Counted from the first letter of the stretch, positions 19,718 to 33,404 are shown. The stretch: 64,000 nucleotides of DNA from Craspedostauros australis (GCA_030167865.1 JALAGF010000798.1:1-64000); one strand, 5' to 3'. Notes: a model not told the origin generated them from the sequence alone. A program made the numbers and translations.

Positions 19718-21765
19718 ATGCGAGTGAAATCGTCAGCCCAAGTTAACAAGACTGACATATTGCATGAACCAAGAAAAATGTGCCAAATACAATCGAAATC
19801 TAAACTGCAAAACACAATACGTCCGGAAGACACCGTCACCATGATGCACGTGAAGCAATAGAAAGGTGAAATCAGAGATTGCGCAACCAGCGGCAGCACG
19901 ACAAGAAGCAATGCACCAGTGAAACAGACAACAATCGCGAAGAAACAAATCATACCATACGCAGCTCACAGCATCGGATTGTCAAGGATGATTCACAAAC
20001 CACCATGATCTGCCAAGAATGAAAGCGGTGGTGGGAGAGAAGGGAATAGATTAACATCGGAACCACAGAATCGATCGAAAAAGCAAACGCTGTGATAAGA
20101 GAAGCGTTTCACTGTATGTCCGCAAAGAGCAAAACAATTGTACAAATACGTTGGTGGATTGATTTGAATAACAAGGCGTGTGCAATAGTACAATTATCAG
20201 ATCATCCACAAGCACATGCGTAGACGCAGAAAACAGTTCAGGTGGAAATCCCTTTCAACCAGTCATTGGAGCGGATCATGCATGGAAAAGACAAGGATAA
20301 GATAGAGGTGGCCTTGCCACTGTATTTCTTGTCTCTGAAGCGAATCTCTTGACCAGGCCGAGGTAGGTCACTCTGTTGCAACGCAGTGAGTGAAATTATT
20401 ATTCTACTTAGGAATACTACCGATGGGGACGAACATACAGTCTGCACAACAAAATAGTTCACGGAATGTTCGTCGCACGTAGAGAAACAGATTGTCGTCC
20501 GAAGGAAGCCTCACGGAACGACGTCAGTGATTCCATGGCCCGTTGTGTTCCATCGGAAGCATATACCCTTTCAGTGGTGACGTCGCGATCAGTGGAATCG
20601 ATCAAATGCAAAGAACCAAACAAATCACGACGAACGAATATAGTTCAAGCGACAATTTGACGCAGTTGTCCCTGGTTCGCACCAGAATAGCGATGTCAAG
20701 TTCAGGTACTCTTCTTTCGTTTGACCTGATCTCGCGAATGCCTGGTCAAACCAAAGCTAAGCTGATGGCGTCGCCGTCCTCGCAGCAATCAATGGAACGC
20801 GAGGCACAACGGGTTTTACCAGGCGCATACTACCTTTTCCGATACAGTCAGTTCGAAGCGCCTTACCAATAATGACTTCCGCCATCTCGATCACTTATTG
20901 CGACCCAGTTCCTTAATGTCAACGCAGATCACTAACTTCGCACGGCGGCGTGAATTCTGCCATTGTCGCACGCAATACAAGATGCAATGAGCTTACCATA
21001 TCTCTCTAGCAAGAGAAAAATTGATCCAATGCGGCAGGGGAGAACTCAACGCCAATGTCGCAATCGTAGCTGTCGGTTTCGGCTTTGTCAAATTGTTCAC
21101 TTTTCGGTCAAGAGAGGTTGAATCTTGTTGAGAAACAACAAAGCGTCGTGGAACCAAGCCGATGGAAGAAAGACAGGTGAAACAATCCCACATTGCGTCT
21201 CTCCTGATTTTTGTGCACGTGTGGGAGAAGACGCCATTCAGAGAGTGTAAACCTGGGCATACCAAACCTCTCACGTGCGAATTAGTCAAACCTCTGTTAT
21301 TCTTCCTGTCTTGAGTGATTGTTTCAATCAACAAAAACCGGACTATTCACGTTCGAAGGGAGTCCAATGCCCTGAAGACGTGCTCTGCAACACTTGTCTT
21401 GACTACTTGAAGCACTTGCACAAGCCAGCAAAGCATCGAGGATGCAAGAGCAAATCGCAACATTGGCGAAGTCAGGCTTCGTCAAGTCGAACAATCTGTG
21501 GGTGAAGTTTTCCGTTCAGACACACAACTTGCGTGCTTGCAGTCATCCTTTCAGACTGATGGGAGTCCAGTTGCATGAGCTTGAGGAACGCTGTGTGAGA
21601 GACGAAGAGCCATGTCGAGGCACAGAACAATCTGTGCTACCCACATTGCCGAGACGTCCCCGCGACAACAAAGTGCACAGCTGTGATTGTTGCGAAGAGT
21701 GTGGACAGGAAAAGCGTCAACAAGAATATTCAAGATGTTGCAGAACACACGAGCTAACAACATGA
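19718..21765 (+). pseudogene. Possible decayed coding relic (unidentified)
   Basis: Purine-rich + strand gives protein-like stretches broken by isolated stops and apparent frameshifts (e.g. SIEKANAVIREAFHCM...*...LERIMHGKDKDKIEVALPLYFLSLK...*...AVSEIIILLRN). No recognisable family. Confidence 0.25.
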
Positions 21766-24613
21766 GCCCCAACGAAAATGTTTCTCAACATGGTACATAT
21801 TGTGGTGTTTGATGTCTCCATTTGCAGTTTGATATGGATTGCTTGGAGCATTTTGCTCATAATGCATGGGGCAAGTGAATTCTTGGAAGAGTGCGCACTT
21901 CCAGTATTGCAATGGGTGCATCAATATTGGGTCTGTGCTGGTTCATGAACACCACACTTACCACTATCTCACGGAAACACAAAGAATCGGTTGTTGAGCA
22001 AACGCGAGACGTCGGTGAATTGTAGAAAACCAATTTCACGTGGGGAATGTCTAGCCGTCACAGTTCCATGATTCCACAACCAACTCTCCTTCTCGTATTG
22101 ACTGTAGAATTAGACTATCTATTCCAATGCAAACTGGATGGAGAAAAACGCTCATGAGACATGTTGGTTTCCATCGCGAGACGAAAATAAATGGGTGCAA
22201 CCCACCAATGACTCCTGCATGGACTGAAGAACGTGGATTCGTGTGACACCAGTAATGAAAGCACTCCCAAGCGCTTCGGCTGCATTGGAGAGATGACAAT
22301 ATCACGGTTCATCGCAAAGCATCAAAGATACAAAGTGACAGGTAAATCAAGGCAACAGATTATCTTTCTGCTGAGTTGATTCGGTGCATCCGTTTTCGTC
22401 ATGTCCGCTGTTGATCGGACAAAATGGTGTTGGAGAAGTTCGCGAAATTGGTTGTTTGAAGCATGTCCTACTACATCTTTGTGTTTTTGTGCCCGTCATT
22501 CCTTTTCGTCGACATTCAATGCAACGTGGGTGTTGATTCTGCTCGGCCTGATTTTTTTTGACAACACACACTCGCATCCCATATTCTTTGAAAAATGCAC
22601 TGTTGTTTCCATGGCCCCAAGGCGTATCGTCTCAATCGATCGACGAAGGCAGATTTCGTCACACCTGTTTTGCATCGATTGGATGAGTTCTTTTTGTGTC
22701 AGGGCGAAGTGATCAGATCGTGAGAAGTCAGTTTGCAAGCGAATGGATATTCCTCGCGCAGGTAGCAGCAAAACCACGAAAGAAAGAACCAATGGAAATA
22801 CCTTTCTGATTCTGTTACTAAGGTCATTTGCTGTCCTCTCCCACTTCGCCGCCTTCTTGAACTTGAGAAACCAACCATTTGCCAGACGTTGGTCTGACAA
22901 AGATGCCTGAATTGCAAGAACACAACACAATATGTTTCTCAAGTATATTTCAGTCGGCTAGAAAGTCGCGTAACAAGCTATGTGATTGCAATGTTCCGTC
23001 AAGGGACTGAATCAAACCCAGAAAGCAAAACCTGAATGCCATCAATCAAATCTGCCTAGCGCCTTTTTCTGACCCAATGGCTATCAAGCACTTGTCCATT
23101 TTGAATACCAAATACACTTGGTCTCTTTTCATGATTAAGCTGTGGTACCGAAACACGGTTTTAAAATACAATTGACAGTTGCTTAGAAGACTTGGTTGCT
23201 CTGAGCAACGGAGAGGCATACGAAGATATTTTTTACTTGGGTTGTCGGCAGACTACTTTTGGCTTGGATTGTTTCTCATCTCGTCGTTGTTCCTGCTTGA
23301 CTTGCTCCCGCGGCTTCGTGTGTGGACGGGAAAGTTTGCTCCTTGTCTGCCCTGTCCTATCCTACTTTGTCATTGCTTCTTCCATTGTCGTTGCCTCAAC
23401 AACCGCAACAAATGTCGACGATGAATTTCACAATAGTGTGATTTAGATGTCTCGGCTGATGCTGTTTGAAATATCCGAGGTGTGGCTTCAATCTCTTAGT
23501 TTAAGTCGCATGTCCACCATCACGGTGTGTGTGGATTTCTCAGCGATGCCAGACTCATTTCAATCAATACTCGGTGCTGGACGTGGGATATGGCAATAAC
23601 ATTGCATCCAGATCAAAATTGCAAGTTTGCATCTGGTTTTGGTGTTCATAATGAAAGTCTGTTTTGTGTTGCGTTATCGTTGGAATTGATAGTCAATTGA
23701 ATGTGTGTATGCCGTTTTTGTTGATGTCTACCACTAGTGTTTTCAAATCCTGTCTTCTCGTGAGTGAAGCCCTTCATTGTCTTCAAATTTAGGTGTGGTG
23801 TTCATTCTGGCACGCGAGATGCATCTTGTGCGCTGTGTCACCAATCAATATTTGGTTCTGACAAAACCAAACAGAACCCTGAGTATGAATGATGTTTTCA
23901 CGAGTGGTCGTTGCATGTGGTGTCTCATGTTATGTTGTGTTTTGTAGTGTTCCTACTCTGAATGGACAACTAGTACTTTCTTCGCACTTCTCGGTGGCAT
24001 GAGATGAATAGATCAATAATGTGATGGCGTCCCATTCGTCTATTCTGTCGGTCGCGCCGAATCCTCCATTGTTCTCTCTCTTGCTCTTTCTCCACCAACA
24101 TTCCAGGGATAAAAGGCGCATTCAGGAAGGAGAGTGGTGGAGCCTTTGCAGAGCTATGGTACGAGCACCAGCACCAGCACCAGCACCTGTAGCATTCTTT
24201 GAAGCGCTTCATAGCCAGGCAGAAGGCAGCAGTAATCCTCGAGAAAGCACACTTTGAGGTCGCGCTGATACTCGATGTCGAGCGGATCCGGTCAGAAAGA
24301 GATATATGAATTGCGGCTTCCACAAGTGTTTGCGGAGACATCGATGTTGCTGGAATCTTCTTTTGTTGAGCAAGTCCACGCGCATGTTGCTTTCAGAGTC
24401 TACAGTTATGCCAGCCCATCTCGCTGCGCATTGCGTCGCCAAATCTGAACGAGTGCTTGCTTGGCCGTGTGACTAATTCACCATCTGTTCGTCCATTTGT
24501 CTTGTATCGTTTGTTTGTTGGACTATCGTGACGTCATACCACCCATACGTACTCGACTCGCATTCTACTAGAGAGCCACTTGCACTATGAAGAGAGTCGT
24601 GCGACTGCCTCCA

Positions 24614-25969
24614 TCACATGTAGTCTCTCCACTCTTCGTCGTCGTAGGTCTTGTACCTCGGCACCTTGCTCGTCAAGAACCGCCATGCGGAATCATCGAA
24701 GACCTCGCCCGGCCGCGGAATCATGTGAGCTGGAACATTGCTGGGAAGCTGGGACAAGTCATCGGGGATGTCCAGCTTCTTCGTATCTGGATTGCACAGC
24801 CGGTGCGCGCCCACAGCTTCGCCGCGATGGCACATCTTTTTCTCGAACTCCTTCAGGGTCATGAAGCGATAATGGTGCAGCAAGACGACATCTGATGGAG
24901 CCCCGCGGTTGTGTGCCACCCCTTTGCTCGACTGTCGCATCTGCGTCTCCCAGCTGGCCTCTTCCGCCACCCGTACGAGTTCCGTCGGGAACCCGCCCTT
25001 CGTTGATGTATCATGGATGAACTTGTCTTGCCGAACCTGGACGGCATGCGGGTTCAAGCAGTGCTCATAATCCATCGATTTCACGATGCTCTTAATAGTG
25101 CCACCCGGTGCCGAATCGCGGTACTGGAATCTCTTGGTGATTGGAACTGGTGCATAGAGCGTTCTATTTGAGGTGCCGAAGTACATCCAGTTGATGACTA
25201 GCGCCCCGCCGTACGGGACGAGGTAGTCTTGCAACAAGGCATGGATGCTGTCGTAATCCTTTGGTGCCGACCTCGGCTCTTCGTCTGCGATTGGCTCCAA
25301 TTGGTTCGTTTGGCTTACATTGTTTTGGAAGACGATGAATTCATCGCTGTCGATCAAGGCGATGAAGTCATGCTTTGCCCCAAGCTTTCCATTCCGTTTG
25401 ACGCATTCATCAAACACGAAGTACTGGACAGGCTGACCCTGCCTCTTGCCAGGTAACTTGACCTTTCGGCCTGGTTGGTGCACAACATGGACTCTCGAGT
25501 AGATGGGATGAGACCGCGTGCGATCGTGCCACACTTGCAAATCAAAGTCGTCCGAATTATCGTAGAGATATATGGCGTCAAATTCCAATGCCAGGAGGTT
25601 GTAGTCGATCCATTCCATGAGGTATGCTTCGTGGTCTTTGACAAGCGTGCAAATAGCAGCCGTGAAGTTGTATTTCATGCCCGGGCGCCCCTCGCCATGC
25701 GCAGATTCTATGAGGCCGTGTGTTGCCTCTTCCGTTGTTGTTGCTGACGGCGTGGCTGCACTTCCGTGGTTGCCAGCGCCGTCGTGGTTCTGGTTGCGAA
25801 GAGAGGAAGTCTGCGCCCCTGCGCCTGTTTGGTTCGTCTTGGAATGCGTTGTTTCGGTCGTCACGGGGACCATGCAAGTGAGCACGAAGTTGTTGATCAC
25901 AAGGATGAATCCACCAACAAGCGCACCCACTAGGGTGGCAAGAACAAAGGCAGACCTTGCCTTCCCCAT
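24614..25969 (-). CDS. Glycosyltransferase family 92 (DUF23), type II membrane protein
   Basis: N-terminal TM MGKARSAFVLATLVGALVGGFILVI; AAICTLVKDHEAYLMEWIDYNLLALEFDAIYLYDN; DxD in IDSDEF; LVINWMYFG; TIKSIV; LHHYRF. Confidence 0.88.
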   Translation of the reverse strand: MGKARSAFVLATLVGALVGGFILVINNFVLTCMVPVTTETTHSKTNQTGAGAQTSSLRNQNHDGAGNHGSAATPSATTTEEATHGLIESAHGEGRPGMKYNFTAAICTLVKDHEAYLMEWIDYNLLALEFDAIYLYDNSDDFDLQVWHDRTRSHPIYSRVHVVHQPGRKVKLPGKRQGQPVQYFVFDECVKRNGKLGAKHDFIALIDSDEFIVFQNNVSQTNQLEPIADEEPRSAPKDYDSIHALLQDYLVPYGGALVINWMYFGTSNRTLYAPVPITKRFQYRDSAPGGTIKSIVKSMDYEHCLNPHAVQVRQDKFIHDTSTKGGFPTELVRVAEEASWETQMRQSSKGVAHNRGAPSDVVLLHHYRFMTLKEFEKKMCHRGEAVGAHRLCNPDTKKLDIPDDLSQLPSNVPAHMIPRPGEVFDDSAWRFLTSKVPRYKTYDDEEWRDYM

Positions 25970-28469
25970 GATGCGGTTTGTGGATGTCAGCAGAGAATCG
26001 TCAGGAATTCGCACAGGGCGGCAATGATGGAGGATCGCTTGCGGGCGTTGCTTGTATGGATGTGTCTGGTTGCTTTGACGATCTCGTCGTGATGTCGCGA
26101 TGTTTGATGTTGCGGCGTCGTTCTTGTCGTCTTGTTGTCGTTTGTTGGCGAAGGTTCGCAAGGAGCATGACTCGTGGAAGTCGTGTTGTCACGCTATCCA
26201 CGACTTGGGATTCTCTCCCGGAGGAAGCAGAGAGGCGTTCACGGTCACAATGAACACTCTGCATCTCTGCTCCGCATACCGTTGCCTCGTGCTTCAATCC
26301 TGTGGAGACATTGGTGGAGAATGTACGGCGCAACTACTGTGGAGAGTAGAGTACATACTCGGAGAGGAGAGCCCCACCTGCTTTCGTCTCTTCGCGTTCC
26401 ATTCTCAGCAACCTGTGCTCGGAAGCACAGCCAGCACGACCGCATTGTCGTTTCCCTGTCTCCCTTACCTTCGCCTTTGCCTTGCTTGGTTGTTCTCCAC
26501 TCGTTCTCCTTCCGCTCTCTCCCTTTTGCTCCAGCCGTCCAGGTGCTGTCATCGAAGGCAGAGATGAAGGTTGTTTCCCCATGGAGCACCAGTGCGAGTA
26601 CTGTCAAGATGACACGAGCCTCGCAGCATTGGCCGCAATGCATGGTCGTCGGACAAAGAAGGCGTTGAGCATTCAAGATTGGCTTGGGATCGTACTGTCC
26701 CGACGCTGCAGCTGCGGCAACAGCGGAGCAAAACACAGATGGGAACAATCCTTTTGGCAGCAGCCATCGCCACGTCCAATGTATGATAATTCTAGTGAAT
26801 AGAATGGAATAAGCTCTATTCGTACGTGTGAGCGTGTCAGCAGCGTCAAATTCACTTGTCGCGCTGTCGGGATCGCCCAAAGGTCGGGCATTCTGCTTCG
26901 TTTCGTTTCGTTTCATTCCATTCCATTGACTTTCTTAGTCGTAGTCTGCATGATCGTCACAACTGATGATTCGGTGTGGCCAGTGGTGGCCGTTGCATAG
27001 CGAACGAGACACGAGAGCCGCTCTTCGTGATCCGCTGGTGAAGCATCATCGTCGAAGTTCTCCGCTCTCAGAAGTCGCTCTGACTTGGATAGCACGCGCA
27101 GGGACGAATATTGTGCGAGTATCACCACCATCTGCATCAGCATCGGATGTATTGCATTCAACTATATATTCTATATAATAATATATAAGCAATATATGGT
27201 AGAAGACTGTCATGCACACATCATACTATACTCTTTGAATCCGCGCTCACGCTCACGCTCACGCCCACGCCCACAACGGCAACGGCAACTGATGAAATGC
27301 GACGCTGTCCTCGATTCCCAACAGTTCGAAGCGGTCCGGTTGCAAGAGTCCGTGTGAGGAGATCCGATCTGATCCGATGAGGTGAAATGGAATGAGGAAA
27401 TGAGGCAACCAACCAGCAGCGAAAATCAAGTTTGAGACGTTCCGGATTTGCTGTATGGAGCACTTTGGATGACGTTGGAGTGCTGCTCCTTGATGCTGCA
27501 TCGCCCGATGACGATCGCGACCGCCGATTGGCTTCGCTCGTACACAAGCACGCACTCAGCAAGAATTGGCGATCCAGGTGCTCGGGGATCTCCATTGTAT
27601 GGTCCCATTATTGGTCGTATATTATGCATTATAGAATACGAGTGAGTAGCATCTGGACGAACCATTCCGCTACTGCTCCACAACAGACTCAAGAGCGAGA
27701 GAGAGCACCTGTGCTGGTACTCTGCGGGCATTGTCGCGTTTGCTCAGCAAAGAGGCAGGCGATGCCCTTTTCCGGATGACCGACAAGGTGCCTTTCAGCT
27801 TCCGGTTTTCGACTGTCATGGCGGATGAAGCGATCCGTGATCGCACCATCATCATGGCTTATTCCCACCTCGTACAACTTGAGGCACAATAGCCCCAGGC
27901 AAACAAAAATGAGATTGGTGGATGGACAAGTGCGTCAAATGCCTCCAATCCTAGAGGGTCATTCGGTCACTTGTGGGATCGCAAAGAACGCCCGAAGCGC
28001 AAACAGGTCGGAGGTTGGTCTTAGTGCGTCAGAAGAGGTCATGTGCGAACACCCACACGTTTCCACGCGAAAGGTTTCTCCGACGCGGTCATTGAGATAA
28101 TTCTCTTGCCCGTGTGGTGAGTTTCGGATGGTCATTCCTGAAACTGGTGACAACGCACCAACCCATGCAACGACGCCAACACCAACACCAACACCAACAT
28201 CAGCGATGCTGGTGCCAACACCACCACAAACCGACCGGTACTGATGACGCGGAACTCGTGGTGCCACCGCCAGATGACGAGGCAACCCACACGAGACAGA
28301 CACGACATCCTCTCACAAAAACAAAAATCAAAAAGTAACAATCCGCATCAAGCAATCGCCACCTCACCATTGCTCAACATTGCTCACCAATCAATCACCA
28401 CACCAACGCCATTCTTCACAAACCATAACCATCACGGCACTTTAGAAAATCCAAAGACCGAAGGCAGCC

Positions 28470-29507
28470 ATGGCACGCAATACTTCTCCAGTGCTCCTCA
28501 AGGCACAGTCACCATCGTCAATGTCACAGCCAGCCACCCGTCCCAAGCGCAAGTACAAGAAACGTGCCCCACCCAAGAATGCATTCCCAAAGCGCCTGTT
28601 CCAAATGCTGATGGATGCCGAAAGGGATGGAAATCAGCACATCGTCTCCTGGGTGGATGATGGCACCGCCTTCCATGTTCACGACCAGGAGATGTTCGTG
28701 TCCACCGTCCTCCCACGGTATTTCCGTCTCAGCAAGTACAGGAGCTTTCAGCGGCAGCTGAATAACTACAAGATCGAGCGATACACCAGCGGACCGTTCC
28801 GAGGCGCGTACCACCATTTCCTGCTTCAAAGAGGGCAGCATGAATTGAGCTCGAAATTGATCCGGGAGGCGATCCCAGAAATCGAAGCTTCTCGAGGAGT
28901 CGCCGAACCAACGTCGCCATCACCATCCCGACCGATCGCGAGAGCGGCAACTCCATCCATGCGACGATCATCCAGAAAGCTTTCGTTGTCGGTGCCATCC
29001 CTCGTACCATCGATGACAATGAGTTCTGGAACAGTCGAGACGTCGCCTCCCAACGCCCACATGCCAACACACGCGAGAAGCGAGATCCAGACACCCGCAC
29101 ACGACCAAACCAGTCTCGGTCGGCAGCGGCAGAATGTCCCAACGGTGTCTGACGAAGAGAATTCGATCGACGATTGCAGCAGCAGCAGCAGCAGCACCAA
29201 CAGCGGCAGCGACGGCTCCGCCCATTGCCTCTCAGACGACGACGAGATGTACAGCGGCGTCTCTTCGCCTGGTGCTCATGTCAAAGCTGACAGCGGTCTC
29301 ATGCAGCACGAGCATTTCCTGGGCAAAAGGTTCTACCCCATCGAAACAGAAGAAAGGACCTTTGAGCAAACACTCGTCTCGTCCGATAGCATGCTGCAGC
29401 TGGACCACCAAGGGGTTGATCTCGACATGGATCTCGATGTGGATCTCGATGTGGCTGACGCGTCACTCGACATGAAACAACCAGGGATTTTAATTGTTGC
29501 TTTGTAG
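28470..29507 (+). CDS. Heat shock transcription factor (HSF DNA-binding domain), intronless
   Basis: FPKRLFQML...IVSWVDDGTAFHVHDQEMFVSTVLPRYFRLSKYRSFQRQLNNY...GAYHHFLLQRG. Confidence 0.93.
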   Translation: MARNTSPVLLKAQSPSSMSQPATRPKRKYKKRAPPKNAFPKRLFQMLMDAERDGNQHIVSWVDDGTAFHVHDQEMFVSTVLPRYFRLSKYRSFQRQLNNYKIERYTSGPFRGAYHHFLLQRGQHELSSKLIREAIPEIEASRGVAEPTSPSPSRPIARAATPSMRRSSRKLSLSVPSLVPSMTMSSGTVETSPPNAHMPTHARSEIQTPAHDQTSLGRQRQNVPTVSDEENSIDDCSSSSSSTNSGSDGSAHCLSDDDEMYSGVSSPGAHVKADSGLMQHEHFLGKRFYPIETEERTFEQTLVSSDSMLQLDHQGVDLDMDLDVDLDVADASLDMKQPGILIVAL

Positions 29508-30729
29508 AATGCCACACCAATACAAGGCTCAGCCATTTTGATACGAGCACGATAGAATAGACCACGTTGAATAGTTTCGACAAAGCAATGCTGTGCCACA
29601 GAATGATGATACCACCATATTCAACCATTATGCAATATTCTAGCTCGTACCAGAGAGGGTCACTCCATCGAAGCAAATGCGAACGAGTGTCCTCCCGTGA
29701 GAGATAGAGACGGAGACAGAGAGGGGGGAAGCAAAAGGATTGATGGTCTTATGTTTGATGCAGAGAAGCATCCCTCCAGATGGAACGATCCTGCTGGATC
29801 ATCTTCTAAATTACTCGTATGTGCACACGACGTTGATGGTCCAAGAGCGTAACTGGAAGATATGGTACCATACATGGACATCCCATTCGTGCTAAATCGA
29901 GGAATAGGAGGATTCCTCATGCAATACTTACTTCACTCATGAGATCATCAGTCAAAGTTGCACCGAGTTCTCCAGGCGATGCGACTATAATACTTCACAC
30001 ATGCATCTATCCTTCAATTGGTCGACACGTCGCCATGCTCCGTTGGACGTCACTCGTATGTACATTGATCCACACAAAGTTGCCCGGTTCCACTGTGTGC
30101 GTGATTGGGTTCAGGGTTGCTTGTGACCTGTTCCTTGTCAACCGCCAGTCGATGCGCCACAGTTCGTGCGACGCAAGAGATGTGATACGGAAAGTGATAT
30201 CGTGCCAGCCAACCGGTCCACAAATACGACCAGGATTAGTGTAATAATACATACGAGTGTTATATCCCTCGTGGAGTAGCGCCCAACAGCACCCCAGATG
30301 AGTGATTGTTTGGCTGTTGTGCTGTTCAACGTGGAGCAATCCCCACGTCCACCATCAACACATCGACTGATGGTACGGCCGACCCGCAACATCGGCAAAA
30401 GCAGAAAGCGGGGAAACGAAGCGGCCGCCAAAGAAATAGAAATGTGTTTGCACCAACAACGAGGCCTGTTCGGATTTACGCACGAGTTCTCGTACGACTA
30501 CGGCGCGCATGACAGCACAGAATGGATCAATGTGCGACAAAGAGATGAGCCCAACGGTAATGTCACCAGAACATGGCCCACAGCCTTTTCAGTTCCTGAT
30601 GCGAAGAATGTTGAAGACTCCCTTGGCGAAGAACGAAGAACAAGGAAAGTGGGGAACAGAGAACAGAGAACAGAAGGCGATGCACGCGATAGGCAATGCC
30701 AATCACGCTTTCCCGCCTACACACAATCA

Positions 30730-30852
30730 ACACCAGCGCCAACGCCAACACCAACGCCAACGCCAACGCCAACACCAACGCCAACACCAACGCCAACACC
30801 AACGCCAACACCAACACCAACACCAACAACAACACCAACACCAGCGCCAACA
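30730..30852. repeat. (ACRCCA)n hexamer microsatellite, about 20 units
   Basis: Run of acacca/acgcca units directly visible. Confidence 0.95.
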
Positions 30853-31432
30853 CGGACGGAAACGACAAACCATCGCACCATCGCGGAGATTGTGGCCGCT
30901 GGCATGTATCTTGGTACGAGCCATGCACACACACGGATGAGTGAAGTGATGGTCGAGTGATAGTAATTGAATGGTATTTTGTCGAGTATGATCATCTGCG
31001 CGGTCGCAGATTGGTGCACAGGTGGTGCTCGTGCACTTGGCGATTGCATGGCGCGTAGCCATTCCAGGAAGCGGTAGGGGCGCAACGTTTTCGTCACAAC
31101 ATCTCGACATCACAACATAACTGCACGGCATGGTATGGTAGAATATGTGCCACAAGCTCGCCTTCATCACATCCCCTCATTCCTTCGCAACCAAAGCATC
31201 AGAGTACGACCTACGACATCTTTGCTAGCAACACCAACAGCATCCTGAAGCACCACCAAGACCAACGACATCAACGAACAGGAGGCAAAACCTCAAAAGA
31301 ACAACCAACCTCGCCCAACTCTTTCACATTCGTTTCAGCCCCGGGCATCTCGGCCTTCACCCTTCGAGCAATCTGCTTAGTTCCTCCTCATCTTCTAAGG
31401 TAATATACATCACAAGAAAGGCACTGCTGATC

Positions 31433-32548
31433 ATGACGCTGACGTACGTTAACATTCTTCTCCCGAACCTGGACGTAGGCCACCTGGAACAGCAGCAAAT
31501 CGCGGCCAAAGCCAGGAGGAAGATGCAGCGAAGACGGCACTGTTCGCCAAATGCCTTCCCATGCAAGCTGCACCGGATGCTGCAGGATGCCGACGCAGAA
31601 GGAAGCAACCTCATCGTATCATGGGTAGCGAACGGCAGGGCGTTCAAGGTGCACGACGTGCAGGCATTCGTGGCGTGCATTATGCCGCGATACTTCCGCC
31701 AAACCAAGTTCCGCAGCTTCACACGACAGGTATGTAATGACAGACTTCAGCGCAGAAATACGATACCATACTCATAGAATACCAGCATCATGAATTCATC
31801 TTCATGAATTGCAGGGAGATACTGTTACTCGTATATTAGTACGCGCGTTGGAGACACGGATGTTGCCACTCTGTTGCGGTGCAGGACTATGCTTCTTGGA
31901 ATGTCACCTTATGGTGCAATGGAAAGCATTTGCCATCAACCTGTGAACTGCCAATGCTCACTGTACTCTTACCCACGTATCACATTATGAAACGAAACGA
32001 CATGAAACGACATGAAACATTGCGCCCACTTGGTGCTGCAGCTGCAGTTGTATGGATTCGGCAGGCAGGCGATGGGCCCGTACCGAGGGTCCTATCAACA
32101 TCCTTCCTTCATGCAGGATTCATCAGCCTTTCAACTCCTCTCCAGGCAAAAGCACGACACACAGAGGAATGAGAACCTCAGACCGCCCATCTTCCAATCC
32201 TGGCCGATAGGAAACTCAGACGAGTTGGCTACCACTAGCCAACGTCAACAATCTATGGAGCGGGGGATTGAGATCAGCGAGAATCATACAGTGAACGAGA
32301 ACATGTCATATAGCTCGCCTTCCTTGCCGAATTCTGCTCCTCTGCAACAATCTGGGAGTATTAGCGCGTACCTACCAAGTCCATCCGAGTGGAACAATCA
32401 TGATGGCGGCAACGACGGCGACAACAAAACCCAAATTCGCCAGCTGTCCTTTGTGGGCATGAAATTCTTCCCGATGCAGGAATCTGATGGGCTGCAGAGA
32501 TGCATGGAGAGCAGAACATCCTTCGTGCTCGGATGTGACGCTTGGTAG
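31433..32548 (+). CDS. Heat shock transcription factor, second paralog; exons 31433..31729 and 32042..32548
   Basis: FPCKLHRML...IVSWVANGRAFKVHD...IMPRYFRQTKFRSFTRQ|gtatgt...tgcag|LQLYGFGR...GSYQHPSF. Spliced 804 nt in frame. Confidence 0.9.
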
Positions 32549-33404
32549 AGGTGGCGAGACTTCCAACCCAGCGATTTCACAGAAATCGAAAGTCTTTCAC
32601 TCATGTATTATGGTATCTGTCTGGAGTTGTAGGTCATCGTGAACCTGCTCGGCTGACTTGCTTCGCTGCCCAGACATTCGGCGGAACCGGACGTTCCTCA
32701 GATCTCTCCAACAATGCAGTGAACAACGCAGCCCGTCCATGCAGATCTACTCGCCATAGCTTTAGCAACACGTGGACCGAGAGAGAAACAGAGAGAGAGA
32801 GAGAGAGAGCGCCATATCAAGCATGATGCAGTTGTGTATCATGCATACTAATACTAGTACGGGTGGAGATGACTATCACATCTGCATCTGCATCTGCACT
32901 CGATTCTTGTCCATACTCTAGAGGATGGAGCATAGCTCTACCGACCATACTTATTTCGTATTCTCCTCTTCACTTCTGTGTACGTATGCATCTACTACAC
33001 GTTTGTAGTCTAGTCCAAGTGCAAGTCCACGCCCCTGAAATGGTTGGCTCCTCGCACCTGCGCGCTCGCGTGGAGAAGGGTGTGAGATGGTCGCCACGTG
33101 GAAGGAAACCTCTCAAACTAGATTCACGCTTCATGCAGGACTCGTCACAAAACGATGAAAAATTAAGGGAAAAGAAGAACGAAGGCTCCTACATGATCCG
33201 CCAAACAACCATCATGGCGCCGGGGCGGCAGACCCAAGGTCGAGGCCAGCGTTGACTGCATTGAGATTGAAATTGGAGCCACTCGCATCCATTTGTATTG
33301 TATTCTACTATACAGTAGAGCACCGTACCACAGAGTTGCACCGAACTTGTACGAGCAGGGTGGGAAAGCAGTCCGGGCGCTTCGAGTAGAGAGACAAGCT
33401 ACAA

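Noticed and set aside
25970-26161. N-terminal extension of the GT92 ORF
   Set aside because: Begins at a non-ATG codon; the ATG at 25969 directly precedes the type II TM anchor.
26250-28400. Short ORFs between GT92 and the first HSF
   Set aside because: No motifs or consistent coding frame; treated as divergent promoter/intergenic DNA.
30298-30960. ORF with (PT)n mucin/linker-like repeat
   Set aside because: The repeat is an intergenic hexamer microsatellite open in all six frames; no signal peptide or domain.
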